From NCBI GenBank assembly GCA_000004985.1, contig GG738920.1: a stretch of DNA of 64,000 nt; one strand, given 5' to 3'. The notes beneath the pieces are model-generated. The model had not been told where the DNA came from and ran no database searches. It saw only the letters and a program-made list of their open reading frames with translations. Position 1 is the stretch's first letter, and each line of letters opens with the position of its first letter. The position numbers and the translations under genes are program-made. Below, one piece after another: positions 45,701 through 56,759 of this stretch. The stretch comes from Naegleria gruberi (taxonomy: Eukaryota).

Positions 45701-48700
45701 ATGCACAACTCCTCACCACAATTCCTTAATAACATAACAAGGAACATCACAGGGAGAAGAAATTCGCTTTTCCTTTTTATGATGATGACTGTCATCATGA
45801 TCCTAATAACAAATTCATTAGAAATAACTGGTAGTGCAAATAATCAGATGAAACCACTCTCTTACAAGATATCGACAATCGCTGGTCAGGGTTTGATTTC
45901 GGAACAAGATAATTTGAAAGCAAGTTTTGGTTTTGCATCAATGATCTTTATGAATAGGAATGAGAAGGGAGAACAAGTTGAAGATATACTTCTTGTTGAT
46001 GATATCAATTTAGCTGTTAGGAGATTAACTTTTAGAAAGAATGATCAGAATGAGTTCATACCTTCGACAGTAAAAGTATTGGCTGGTGGTATTCCTATGG
46101 AACCTTCACTAGCATATATGAAACCTAAGTTATTGACAATTTCTGAAGGAGGTGATGATGATGAGAATGGTAGAGGAGAAATTTATGTGTTTGAGGAGAG
46201 GAATGGAGGAATGATCAAGAAGATTGACAGGAAGGGAGATTTGCAATTAATTGCCAAATCCTCGAGTGATTCATTCGTATGTGAAGAAGTGAGCTTGGAT
46301 AAGGCAAATTGGGTCTCAATTTCGGATATGAAATATTCAAGAGAAGGAATGGAGGAGGTTTTATATCTTGTTGATTCTAAAAAGATTATTTTGAGAGCTT
46401 CCCTAACAAGAAGAACTATCAAAGCAATAACTAAATGTGTAAAAGATATTACAAATGCTATAATTGATAGTGCCGATCCTTCAGATTTCATTGAAATTAA
46501 TAGTATTTTTGTAAGAAAGAATAGCGAAAATAAGGTAATTCTATATGTTGCTGACAGTAACTCATTGAAAAAGATTGAGCAAGATGGAAATGTATCCAAA
46601 ATTGCTGGAAATGGAAAAGATTACCTGACTGATGCAGATGTATCTACCAACGCACTAAACACAACAGTTTATCCAACCAAGATATTTGTAAATTCTGGAG
46701 GAGAAATTTTATTCACAGAAATGAAGTTTAACAAAATCAGAAAGTTAGACATTCATGGAAATGTTGTATCTATCCAAAGAAATCCGTTTGTCCTCTCGAA
46801 GGGAGTGCTTCAGTCACCTCTCACTAATAATATTTACTTTGAGGAACATAATATAATTTACAAAATGACAGATAAGGGAAATGAACCAATGTTTGGAAAT
46901 GGAACTATTAACAGTCTTAATGGAGTACATGCCATGCAAGCAAGAATTAATCCAATTTCAGTACAAGTTTCATCCAAATCTGGAAAGGATATTATTACTG
47001 TTTTGGATTCTGAGGAATATTTCAAATCAAGAGTAATTGATGAAAATCAAATTATTCAAACAGTAATAGGAGGAGGAATATATAATTTATTGGATATTGA
47101 AGGGATTGATGCATTGAGTGTTCAATTTGTAAAGAATGTTAAAAATTCATTCAGATCCAACAATGGAGATCAATATATTGTGCTGAGCTCAGAATTATTC
47201 AAAATCAATGATGAAGGTAAACTGGTTAGAGTTATTGGATCTGGTTCAAAATTTGCAGGAGATGGTCATAGTGCTTTGTCAGCTATCCTTAATGAACCAA
47301 GTGGTGTTTTTTATTCGAAAACATTAGGAAAAACCTTTATTGCAGATTCAAAGAATGACAGAGTTAGAGTTATTTCTAAAGAGGGTGTTATCTCAACTAT
47401 CATTGGTAAATTGGAGGGCACTGTAGATAACCCAAGAGATGTGATGGAAAGAAATGGATATTTGTACTACGCTGAAAGATCAATTATTTGCAAAATTGAT
47501 TTGGTATCGAATGAACTAGAAGTTATGGTTGGTAATAGACAAACTTCTTTTAATGGTGATGGAAAGAAAGGAAATGAAACATCTATTGGTCCAGAGAGTA
47601 TTTATGTGACTGAAGAAGGTGATATTTACTTTGCTGACATTTCAAATCATCGAATTAGAAAGTGGACAAGAAAAACCGATCTAGTTTCAACAATTGCTGG
47701 AACTGGTGTGCAAGGCTCCAGTGAAGATGGAATTCTGGCAACAAATTCCACAATTGACTCACCATCTGGTGTCTATTTGAATAGAAAGGGAGAGGTTTAT
47801 TTTGTGGAAAGTGAGAGCCATAAAATCAGAAAGATTACATCTGAAGGCAAACTCTTAACCCTCTTCCAAGTGAGATCTCCACACCGATTGATTGTTACAA
47901 GTAATGACGAAGTTATTGTTTCACATGATGCATTCATTACCAAATATTCGAATGGTGAGGTAACAGCAGTTGCAGGATCTAGAATGAAATCGTATCCCGA
48001 ATTGGACGATGATCCATTCGAAACATATTTTGGTTCAATTGGTGGTCTTTCATTTGGAGAGACAGAATCGGATTTACTCTTTGCCAATCCAAAATTTGAT
48101 TTAATTAGAAAGATTTCAAATGGATCCCTATCGAATGTTGCAGGTAGTCATGGAGACGGATTGAATGCACTCGAAGCTAGATTTATGGATATTTCCTCTG
48201 TGGTAGTGAGTCCAGACAATGAGTTGTTCATTGCCGATTCAATGGATCATACTATTAGAAAAGTTTCTAGTGACGGTATTGTTTCAACCATTGCTGGTGT
48301 CTCACAAATTCATGGCTATAACTTATATGATCCACAAGAGAGCATTCTCAATGGACCTACTTCACTTTCTAGTGCAAAAAATGGTGATTTATTCTTCATC
48401 GATCAAAAGAATTATGTCATTCGAAAGATTTCCAATGGAATAGTTACCACAATTATTGGAACACCAAACGAGAGATGCGATATGGAAGAAGGAAAGAGAG
48501 GAAGAGAAACCTGTTTGAGTATGCCACAAAGTCTCGCAGTTTCACCAGGAGGAGATGCTCTTGTTTTTTCTGATCTCTCAACAATAGGAATTTTCCATTA
48601 CAACCTCAATGATGAGAATGCAGTTATTAGACGAATTGCTGGATTTGAAAATGTTATAGGATATAATGGAGATGGAGAAGCCACTACAACATTGATTTCA

Positions 48701-49168
48701 CATGTGCCAAGTTTGGCATTCTCTAACGATGGTTTATCCGTCTATTTTGTTGATAGCAGTAATAATCTTATTAGAAAGCTATCACCTTATTGTCCAGAGG
48801 ATTATGAACTCTCTGAAAAATTACAACAATGCACTGAGAAAGTCATTCCACATCCTAACGAGAGTCCAAAGAAACCAAAACCTCATTTCTCAATGTTCAT
48901 TCCAGGGAATTCTAACATGAGTGGAATGATTAGTGAAAATCTTATGGCTCTACTTCTAGTAACAATTGGATCTGTACTCATTTTGTCAATCATTCTGGCA
49001 GGAGCTATTTATTACTTGCTCAAGAATAGAGAAAGTCAAAAACATTATCAGAAAGTTGAAAGAGATGAAATTCCTGAAGATGTGGATGATAATGATATAG
49101 GAAAATTCTCACTTGGAGCTGATCTTGAAGAAGAAGAAGAAGAAACAGAGGATATTGAAATGATTTAA
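45701..49168 (+). CDS. Type I membrane protein with many NHL repeats (six-bladed beta-propeller type), 1155 aa, with an N-terminal signal or anchor and an acidic cytoplasmic tail
   Basis: Recurrent 'AD(S/I)xNHRIRK(I/W)' NHL motifs (for example 'ADSKNDRVRVIS', 'ADISNHRIRKW', 'VESESHKIRKIT', 'ADSMDHTIRKVS', 'IDQKNYVIRKIS'). TM helix 'LMALLLVTIGSVLILSIILAGAIYYLL'. Single exon. Confidence 0.7.
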   Translation: MHNSSPQFLNNITRNITGRRNSLFLFMMMTVIMILITNSLEITGSANNQMKPLSYKISTIAGQGLISEQDNLKASFGFASMIFMNRNEKGEQVEDILLVDDINLAVRRLTFRKNDQNEFIPSTVKVLAGGIPMEPSLAYMKPKLLTISEGGDDDENGRGEIYVFEERNGGMIKKIDRKGDLQLIAKSSSDSFVCEEVSLDKANWVSISDMKYSREGMEEVLYLVDSKKIILRASLTRRTIKAITKCVKDITNAIIDSADPSDFIEINSIFVRKNSENKVILYVADSNSLKKIEQDGNVSKIAGNGKDYLTDADVSTNALNTTVYPTKIFVNSGGEILFTEMKFNKIRKLDIHGNVVSIQRNPFVLSKGVLQSPLTNNIYFEEHNIIYKMTDKGNEPMFGNGTINSLNGVHAMQARINPISVQVSSKSGKDIITVLDSEEYFKSRVIDENQIIQTVIGGGIYNLLDIEGIDALSVQFVKNVKNSFRSNNGDQYIVLSSELFKINDEGKLVRVIGSGSKFAGDGHSALSAILNEPSGVFYSKTLGKTFIADSKNDRVRVISKEGVISTIIGKLEGTVDNPRDVMERNGYLYYAERSIICKIDLVSNELEVMVGNRQTSFNGDGKKGNETSIGPESIYVTEEGDIYFADISNHRIRKWTRKTDLVSTIAGTGVQGSSEDGILATNSTIDSPSGVYLNRKGEVYFVESESHKIRKITSEGKLLTLFQVRSPHRLIVTSNDEVIVSHDAFITKYSNGEVTAVAGSRMKSYPELDDDPFETYFGSIGGLSFGETESDLLFANPKFDLIRKISNGSLSNVAGSHGDGLNALEARFMDISSVVVSPDNELFIADSMDHTIRKVSSDGIVSTIAGVSQIHGYNLYDPQESILNGPTSLSSAKNGDLFFIDQKNYVIRKISNGIVTTIIGTPNERCDMEEGKRGRETCLSMPQSLAVSPGGDALVFSDLSTIGIFHYNLNDENAVIRRIAGFENVIGYNGDGEATTTLISHVPSLAFSNDGLSVYFVDSSNNLIRKLSPYCPEDYELSEKLQQCTEKVIPHPNESPKKPKPHFSMFIPGNSNMSGMISENLMALLLVTIGSVLILSIILAGAIYYLLKNRESQKHYQKVERDEIPEDVDDNDIGKFSLGADLEEEEEETEDIEMI

Positions 49169-49254
49169 AATTAAATTATATAATACTTAATACTTTACAA
49201 TCACTATTTAAAAAAAATATAAAAAAATATAAAAAAAAAAATTTAAAAAAAAAT

Positions 49255-49641
49255 ATGGCCAACACCTCACGAAGCCTTCTCGATCTAGGCGTTCTCATCA
49301 AATTCCTCCTCCAACTCCCGGTTCGTCTCCTCAACACTGCTACTACACTCTCCAAGAATGCCCTCTACATGATGACCCTAGTATTATTTGCCGATTACTT
49401 GTACCTGAGAAATCAAATTCTAAAACGACAATACAAACAATTAACAGGTCGGTTGTATGTTCCATTGCATAATCGATTGGGAGAGTTGGTTGGATCGGCT
49501 ACGTATCTTTCACTTCCTTCACCGAATACAACAAGATCGATTAGAATGGCTTCTGGTTCTTCTGGTGCTTCCATTGGAGGTGCTTTAGGAGAAGAGGAAG
49601 AGAGTGGTTCCTTGATTAATTATAATGGAAGAAGAAATTAA
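49255..49641 (+). CDS. Hypothetical small protein, 128 aa
   Basis: Complete ORF with an A-rich Kozak-like context. No domain recognised. Confidence 0.35.
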   Translation: MANTSRSLLDLGVLIKFLLQLPVRLLNTATTLSKNALYMMTLVLFADYLYLRNQILKRQYKQLTGRLYVPLHNRLGELVGSATYLSLPSPNTTRSIRMASGSSGASIGGALGEEEESGSLINYNGRRN

Positions 49642-50117
49642 TTATTGTTGTTAATTTTGATGATGAAGATGATGTTAGTAAATGATGCTATGATATGATG
49701 AATACTATTTAATTGAGATTTTGATCAAAGATGCATGCAGAGATGATGTGGGACGGATGTGCATATCGGATTTATATTTCAATTAGATCTTTCTATATAA
49801 GAATTATTGAACGGACGTGAAAATCATGAATCCAAAATTGTAAATTATGAACACATGATTGATGATGATTGAATACACAAACCATGTTTTGTATTATTAT
49901 CGTGACTATTGCATGACGTTTTGCAGGACTCCAATCACATGATCAGTTGAGACCTCACTTTGAGACTCCAATCAAGAATGTGGCTGCCATGCTGAATATT
50001 TCATTGAGCATTAGCATGCATGAAATATCTAATGATATTTAAACTAGAGTAAATGCATGAGATGGATGAGAATGCATACATATATTAAACCAACTTGATA
50101 TAACATTTGGAATTACA

Positions 50118-51143
50118 TTAATGACCAGTTTTAGCTTTTACATATTGATAAAAATCAGAGCTGAACAATGAAACTCTCCATGTATGTTTGCTCTGCTTGA
50201 ATAGATGTGGATTCTCCTTAGCCAATCGTTTGAATTCCTCACTAGTTAGAACTAATTTACATTCCTTCTCTGGAAACTCCTTTTCAAACATGGGAACAAA
50301 ATTGACCAACACGCGAGTTCTGGAGCTGATTGCTTTGAATGCTCCCACGAGGTAATACGTTTTCGAACCCCAATTGACCACCATTTGAGAAGGATCAATC
50401 TCGCTATGGTCTGAACTAGATGATTCATCAAATGCCATTGAACTAAATGTAATGCATGCGGGTGTAGAAGATGATGATGGAGTTTTTCCATTAGAATTAG
50501 ATGTTTTTCTCTTAGTTGGGGTTGATTCTCGAATGCATTCATCTCTCTTCCTCTTAAATTGCGCAATTTCATCCTTTAATTGCTTATTTTCCATTTGTAA
50601 TTGATTAATAATTAGCATTTGCTGCTCACATCTATGTTCCAGATTAATGTTTTCAAATTGAGATTTGGACATGTGCATGTTAGATGTGTCCTGCATTTCA
50701 TTCTTCATGTTTACACGTTGATAATTAGTAGTGGAAAGTATTACATCTTGTTTTAACTCCATGATGTTAGATGGCGATGCAACATGTTGATGTAACATCT
50801 TACTTGGTTGTTGATAAGATGGAGCTGTGTAAATTACATGTGATATTTGAGAAGGTCGAAGAACTGGAGGTGATGTGTGTTTCAATGTGTCCATGCTTGT
50901 TACTACAAATGGGTTTGCAATTGAACCATTGCTATGGATATTAGGTATTGAGTTGATTCTTTGAGTGGAAAACACATCGTGTTGAGATTCATGTGGTGGT
51001 AGATGGTTAAGAGAAGGATGACTATTCGAAACTAGATCCTTTATGGATGGTAGCATGTTTGTTGTTGGTAAATGTTGTAAACATGTGTTGGTATTCATTG
51101 GGACATTATTTGCAATGACATTTGTTTGCTGGTTATTAGACAT
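50118..51143 (-). CDS. Hypothetical protein, about 341 aa, with a basic region plus a leucine-zipper-like coiled coil (LQMENKQLKDEIAQFKRKRDE)
   Basis: ORF from the track, with the first ATG at 51143 (the track start at 51200 is GTG). Confidence 0.45.
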   Translation of the reverse strand: MSNNQQTNVIANNVPMNTNTCLQHLPTTNMLPSIKDLVSNSHPSLNHLPPHESQHDVFSTQRINSIPNIHSNGSIANPFVVTSMDTLKHTSPPVLRPSQISHVIYTAPSYQQPSKMLHQHVASPSNIMELKQDVILSTTNYQRVNMKNEMQDTSNMHMSKSQFENINLEHRCEQQMLIINQLQMENKQLKDEIAQFKRKRDECIRESTPTKRKTSNSNGKTPSSSSTPACITFSSMAFDESSSSDHSEIDPSQMVVNWGSKTYYLVGAFKAISSRTRVLVNFVPMFEKEFPEKECKLVLTSEEFKRLAKENPHLFKQSKHTWRVSLFSSDFYQYVKAKTGH

Positions 51144-51754
51144 TGCTATTTTTTTAAGTTGAGATTCGAATATTCGGCGCCAGCCGCACCTCAGCTTCAC
51201 GTTGCGGAGTATTCCTGTGCCACAACTTTTTCAAAAAATGGCACCAAACATCTACCAAAACATCGTTGATAGATGTCGACATGCATTTGAAATACTATAT
51301 ATTTCGAATAAATTGAATTCAATGATTGATCATATCTCTCAATTCTGAATGAAGATCATAAAATGACAACGTTCACCTTACGGTACCAATTAACTCTTCA
51401 TGAAGAAATGTTCTAAATGAGTGTAGAAAAAAGTAATTGAAGTCAATGATTCCTCTGTGTCCATTGACATCTAGTTACAGTAGTCGATGGTGTGTATGAT
51501 GAGTATGATGAAAATGAACCTTTTATTGATTTGTTGATGTATTCATAATTATCATTTATCGTCGATCAATATTTAATTCAGGTATGGAAATGCCAAATTT
51601 ATCATTTAGGTCGCGACAAAGTTCGGTAGCTCACTGAAATCTGGTTGCGAGAGATTTGTTGTGATTTACCAAACATTTATTAAAATTATCATTCAACATT
51701 TAAACATGTTTCAACTTTTCAAATGTTCATTTAATTACAAATTTAAGCTTCATT

Positions 51755-52348
51755 TCAACACAATTTTGAAACTTGTAAATTAATGCAAACTTCATTATCA
51801 GGCGTATAGACTCTCTCATGTGGAATGGTTTTTGTCTTTTTACTGATATGAGCCAATTCAGTACAATCTACAATCTCCACAAAATCCTCTCCATTCCTAA
51901 ATGTTTCTCTCTTTTTAATTCCTAATTGTAAATCCCTCCTCCTCTTAATTGGCTCCAATTCTGGTGAATAATCAGGATCCCACTGAGCTCTAGTCAACCC
52001 AGCTCCAGCTCCTTTCAATCTTGCCTTTTTCAAAATATCATCATAGGCACTTTTTTTCAACCACAACCCAAGAATTCTTGTCTGATTTTGCTTAGTTGCA
52101 TAATTTGATCGATACATCATCCATAGCCAATTGGATTTCACCCAGGTCATTCGGGTATCATTATACGAAGGACATCCATCAAACTTTTGATGTTTGACCG
52201 CATAATCTGCAATTTCATCATTAAATGCTTGATAAACAAGAACCGCATCCTCGGTATAGCTTGCAATTATGTGATTTCCGTCATCGGGCCACTCGTTTCT
52301 TGCCTCTCCGTACGGAATAAGCGTGAGGGTTCGTTGATTGTTTGCCAT
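51755..52348 (-). CDS. Conserved hypothetical protein, 197 aa (resembles DUF4291-type proteins)
   Basis: Complete ATG-to-stop ORF. 'WVKSNWLWMMYRSNYATKQNQTRILGLWLKKSAYDDIL' is the conserved core. Family assignment is from memory. Confidence 0.45.
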   Translation of the reverse strand: MANNQRTLTLIPYGEARNEWPDDGNHIIASYTEDAVLVYQAFNDEIADYAVKHQKFDGCPSYNDTRMTWVKSNWLWMMYRSNYATKQNQTRILGLWLKKSAYDDILKKARLKGAGAGLTRAQWDPDYSPELEPIKRRRDLQLGIKKRETFRNGEDFVEIVDCTELAHISKKTKTIPHERVYTPDNEVCINLQVSKLC

Positions 52349-53850
52349 TTTTTTTTTGTTGAGATTTTTAATTTTAGATTTTGTAAATTTTATAAATTTG
52401 GAACTGAAAATTAAGGATTTACATTTGGAAATTGAAATTGTAAAGTTGTGTGAATTGACAAATAATTTTCAATAGAGGAATCGTCTATGCTATCTGAAAT
52501 ATCTGATGCCACGTCTGGAGATTGGCTTTGCACATGATTTTAAGCAATTTGGCAAAACAACTTTTTTGTGTTTTAAAATTCTTTATTTTGAAACAAGACA
52601 AGAAATCAAACAACAAGCTTTTGATAATTAGCTGAAGATTGAGCCAACTTTGAAATCTTTTCAAATAACATAAGTCTTTTCAATAATTGCCAAATCCTTA
52701 ACATTTTCATCTCACGATATGGCAATGAAATTTGATGTAAACGCGCTACATCTCAGTTCACAACCATCAATGATTGTTTTCGGACACCAAATCAATGACA
52801 CTTATTGAATTCACGTTCCATAAGTTTATTCTGAGTTTCGAATAATCTCTCTATTATCATCTCTCTCCTGTTGGCCACGTACGTTTGTCACAACACATTG
52901 ATGTGTTTTTCTGAGAAAAATACAATTTCCTTTTTTGCATTTTCATAAAAGGCATAAAAAATAGCCGTTTAATAACGAAAATTTGTAATTTTTATGAAAT
53001 TCATGGCATCGAACACACATCTATTTGATGTGAATTGATAAATTTGAATTGATACAATTCTCTTCCAAATTTGGAAAAATGTTGAATTTGGAAATTATTC
53101 GAATATGGTGCGAGTTGAATGTGAGGAATTATGCCTTACTATTGTACCGAAACGAAACTGAAATTTAGTATAGACTTTCTAATACTAAAATACTATTTAA
53201 TATATTTTTCAATGAAAATGAATGTATAATTTATCAATGCTTGTTAATCAAAACGTGTTTTTCAATTTTCATGTTACATTGCAAATTAATAAAAACAAGA
53301 TTGAGAACAAGTAATTATACTAATGGGTATTAAAGCTCAGGGACTGTTACACCTTTAAGGTGATTCAGCCTTGAGACCTGCTTTAATGGATATAAATCTT
53401 TATTAGCAGGTCCCGAGATTAATAAATATGGCTCTTATAAAAAAACTTATCAATAGTATTAGTAAAGATAAGAAAAAAATTAGGAGGTGCGAATAGGATG
53501 GCATAACTAAACTGAAATTAAAATAAAAAAGATATCATTTGATGATATCTGAAACCTCACTTCAATGAACACTTACCAAGAATCATTGAGAGCGTAAAAA
53601 AGGTTGAATAAGGGTGGGACTAATTGGGTGGGAGTTATCTGCAGAAGGTGAGCTAAGGTCTTTCGTTTTCTTGTTGTTCTTTGGTGTAGTTGGTGTTGGG
53701 GCCATTGTGATAATTTTTTGAGCATGGAAAAATACTCAACTTATATTTTATTAAGTTTACAATGAAAACAAGTCCATTCTTCACTTCGCTCAGAATTAGA
53801 CATCACGTTTGCTAAATTAAGAAAGATCAAAAACTTTCAAACATAAAAAA

Positions 53851-55164
53851 ATGTCAAATCTTCGCTCACGAATTAGCAGCTCCATTATTGATCAGAAAAC
53901 ATTGATTTCGACGGAGGATGAAGTGACCAACGAGTTGGAACACATTTTTCTCTACTTGTCAAATTTTAAACCATTGGAAGAGGAGAATTCTGATGGAGAA
54001 ATTGTTATTCGAAATCAGACGAATGATTCCAATGACCAGGAAGATGAACTGGATTCGAATGTTGATGATGATGATGAATTTTTATATTATAGAAGTGAAA
54101 TTGTTGATCAAATGTCTGAAATATTCGAAAGGAGAAGAAGCAATTCTTCATCTTTCGTATTAGTTTACAATAATGTTCATTATTTGAACGAACCAGTTGT
54201 ATTTGGTAATATTCTAGATTATTATTTCAAACCAAACGATTCAGATTTTAATCCAAAGAAAGCAGGCGGAACTTCTTCCACTTTCTTACACTTTCTAACA
54301 TTGAGAGAGGTCTGTAAATCTTGGAAGAAATACATAGACGAAAGGTATGGCAGAAGCTTCATTCTCTCCATTTTCCAAGACAGAATTCAATATCAAGATT
54401 GTAAACCAAATATGGATTTGTGTTTGTTTCGTCTATGTGGTCTACCTTTCTCCCTAGCTCTCATTCCAGCAGTTATGGCTTTCGAATATTCAAAAGATGA
54501 ATGCACACAAGCAATTTCTATGTGGCTCTCCTTTCGTCTAACTTGGATGATCGTGAGTGGCTATCCAGTTTTAGTTCCAGCTATTTGTTGTGCAACTTTG
54601 GTTGATTTGGCCATTGAAAAGATGCGTGAAAGAAGTTTCTTCCAAAGATTAGAAAGCAGATACGAAACTATGGAACACAGTGTCATGAGTGAAATTACGT
54701 ATTTTGAAAAGTGTGAGATTGTTGCAACCATTCAAGATTCCTCAAAAACATTTAACAAACATTCATGTTTCTATATCATTGAGGTTACGCTTAATGTGAA
54801 TGGAAAGTTGTTGGGCTTTCGAATACAGAAAAAGTATACTCAATTCAAAATATTGTTCGATATCATGTGTAAATGTGTTGATAATAATAATAATAGGGAT
54901 GGAACTTTAGAGGTCAATTCGAATGAGAGAATTGAATTTCCACTCAAGAGATGGTCTCTATTTACGAATCCAGACGAAATCATTGAAGAAAGAAAGCATG
55001 TTTTCCAGAAAATGTTGAATCTCATTGTTGAGCATTCGAATATTTTCCACAACTCTGAAATTTACACATTCTTTTACGATAGAAAAAATCAACAAGTTTT
55101 GTTGGGAAATTGTGCTAGAGAAAGTGGTGAAGAGGAGGGCTTTCTTCTAGTTGATAATGAATAG
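53851..55164 (+). CDS. PX (phox) domain protein, 437 aa, with central hydrophobic segments
   Basis: The C-terminal 'FYIIEVTLNVNGKLLGFRIQKKYTQFKILFD...IEFPLKRWSLFTNPDEIIEERKHVFQKMLN' matches PX architecture. Confidence 0.5.
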   Translation: MSNLRSRISSSIIDQKTLISTEDEVTNELEHIFLYLSNFKPLEEENSDGEIVIRNQTNDSNDQEDELDSNVDDDDEFLYYRSEIVDQMSEIFERRRSNSSSFVLVYNNVHYLNEPVVFGNILDYYFKPNDSDFNPKKAGGTSSTFLHFLTLREVCKSWKKYIDERYGRSFILSIFQDRIQYQDCKPNMDLCLFRLCGLPFSLALIPAVMAFEYSKDECTQAISMWLSFRLTWMIVSGYPVLVPAICCATLVDLAIEKMRERSFFQRLESRYETMEHSVMSEITYFEKCEIVATIQDSSKTFNKHSCFYIIEVTLNVNGKLLGFRIQKKYTQFKILFDIMCKCVDNNNNRDGTLEVNSNERIEFPLKRWSLFTNPDEIIEERKHVFQKMLNLIVEHSNIFHNSEIYTFFYDRKNQQVLLGNCARESGEEEGFLLVDNE

Positions 55165-55393
55165 TGTAAGATTGTCTGATGTCTTGATGAATAAACTTGG
55201 GGATTGTTCCCTTCTTCATTGTCAATCGAGTTTGTGAAATAATAATTGATAAATGACTTATCAGATAGGAGAATTAAACAATTGACTGCAATTATTTCAA
55301 GATCAGCTAAAAAAGTTAGAATACAATTGATTTTTTCCAAATCCTGTGTGAGTATCTATTTCCATTCAAAAAAGACGTGAAACCAAAATGATT

Positions 55394-55465
55394 CTCCCAT
55401 GCCGGGAATTGAACCCGGACCTCCTGGGTGAAAGCCAGGTATCCTAGCCATTGGACTACACGGGA
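55394..55465 (-). tRNA. tRNA-Glu (UUC), identical to the 43421-43492 copy, in inverted orientation
   Basis: Exact reverse complement of the + copy. About 35 bp of 5' flank is also conserved. Confidence 0.9.
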
Positions 55466-56334
55466 ATCTTATTCTCTTTAAAAATATTCCTCATCTATAA
55501 AATAGCATTGGTTGTAACGAAAAATTAATTATTCCAATCATTTAAGTTCTTTCTAGATCAGAAAGCATACAGTGTAGTAGTTCCTTACAAAAATCTAAAC
55601 CAAAACCATCTTGAAAAACAAGCTCTATACCTAGTCCAGAGTCTCAAGAAGAAATTGGACGAAAATTTATAAAGTTTTAAGAAAAGATAAAGTTGCAATA
55701 TTTCTGAGTTTTCTGGATATTCAAAAAGTGAAATATTCCGAATGTTAAATTGAAATACTTATTACCAGGTTAGCTAGCCATTCTTAAAATTCGTCATCAT
55801 ACATGCTCGGAATTTGACAAATACTCAATTTTGCTCTGATTGAGATTTCTTTGTGCAATGATTTTTCAATTAATTAAAAGAGTTAGGTGGCTCCTAATCT
55901 GACGGTTTGTGCAATGTCTGATTGAAACCAAATCAAAGTGAGCAATTAAGCTCAAACCCTGATCCCTACAAAAAATTGAGTTAATAGTAGATGCAACCCG
56001 TGAGCTGCTTTCAGCTATTAAACTGAAAAGAACAGATACTACACTCGATCAAAGCCAATTGGCCGAGAAAGATGGTTTTGAGAATTGCATAAGGAACAGA
56101 GTTTTTATTCTGTTGGTTGTGGAGCGAAGAATGGCAAAATGTTTGTGGTATTTTAATAAATTTTAATGCCTTGTTCGACTATTGATATTGAACATGTAGC
56201 GAATCTTAATAATCAATATTTATGATGGAGCAGTTCAATCAGAACTTGGAAAGAATGTGAGAAGCAAACTTGACCAACAATTAAGGGGGATTGATAAGTA
56301 AACGTGAACTAGTGAAAAAACAAATAAACAAAAA

Positions 56335-56452
56335 GACTACAGCACCACAGGTTCCCAAGTTGTCTCCAACCTCAGTACTGATGTGGCTCGACGATGCTTA
56401 ACTTCTCAAATCGGACGGGATGAGGTGCGTTCATCGTGATATGGCCGTAGCC
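56335..56452 (-). rRNA. 5S rRNA gene, copy 3
   Basis: The reverse complement matches copies 1 and 2 except at positions 19-24 ('GATGAACGCA'). T-run terminator. It carries the upstream element shared with copy 2. Confidence 0.9.
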
Positions 56453-56672
56453 ACTCAGATTATCAAAATCTTAATATTGAATAAGAAAACGGTCAGCTGT
56501 TTGAAGCTGTTGATAATCAGAAAGAAATCTTCCACTTGGGTGTGATAATAAATAAGAGGAATTCCCCTTGAAATTTTGGTACAAAAAGGTTGTTCTCTTT
56601 ATTAAATTTACAAAACATAGGATATCTAATATCCTCTTGTAACAGCAATGGTGTAAGATGAAATTAAAATTA

Positions 56673-56759
56673 TCCGATGAGACGGAATCGAACCGCCGAC
56701 CACAGGATGACAGTTTTTCTTGCTACAGTCCCATGCTCTACCAGCTGAGCTATCATCGG
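56673..56759 (-). tRNA. tRNA-Tyr (GUA) with a ~14-nt intron 3' of the anticodon
   Basis: Reverse complement 'CCGATGATAGCTCAGCTGGTAGAGCATGGGACTGTAG[caagaaaaactgtc]ATCCTGTGGTCGGCGGTTCGATTCCGTCTCATCGGA'. The intron position is as in other eukaryotic tRNA-Tyr genes. Confidence 0.8.

Noticed and set aside
53478-53500. 'taggaggtgcgaataggATGg' resembling a bacterial Shine-Dalgarno plus start codon
   Set aside because: It lies in eukaryotic intergenic DNA, with no ORF following (MA then stop). Coincidence
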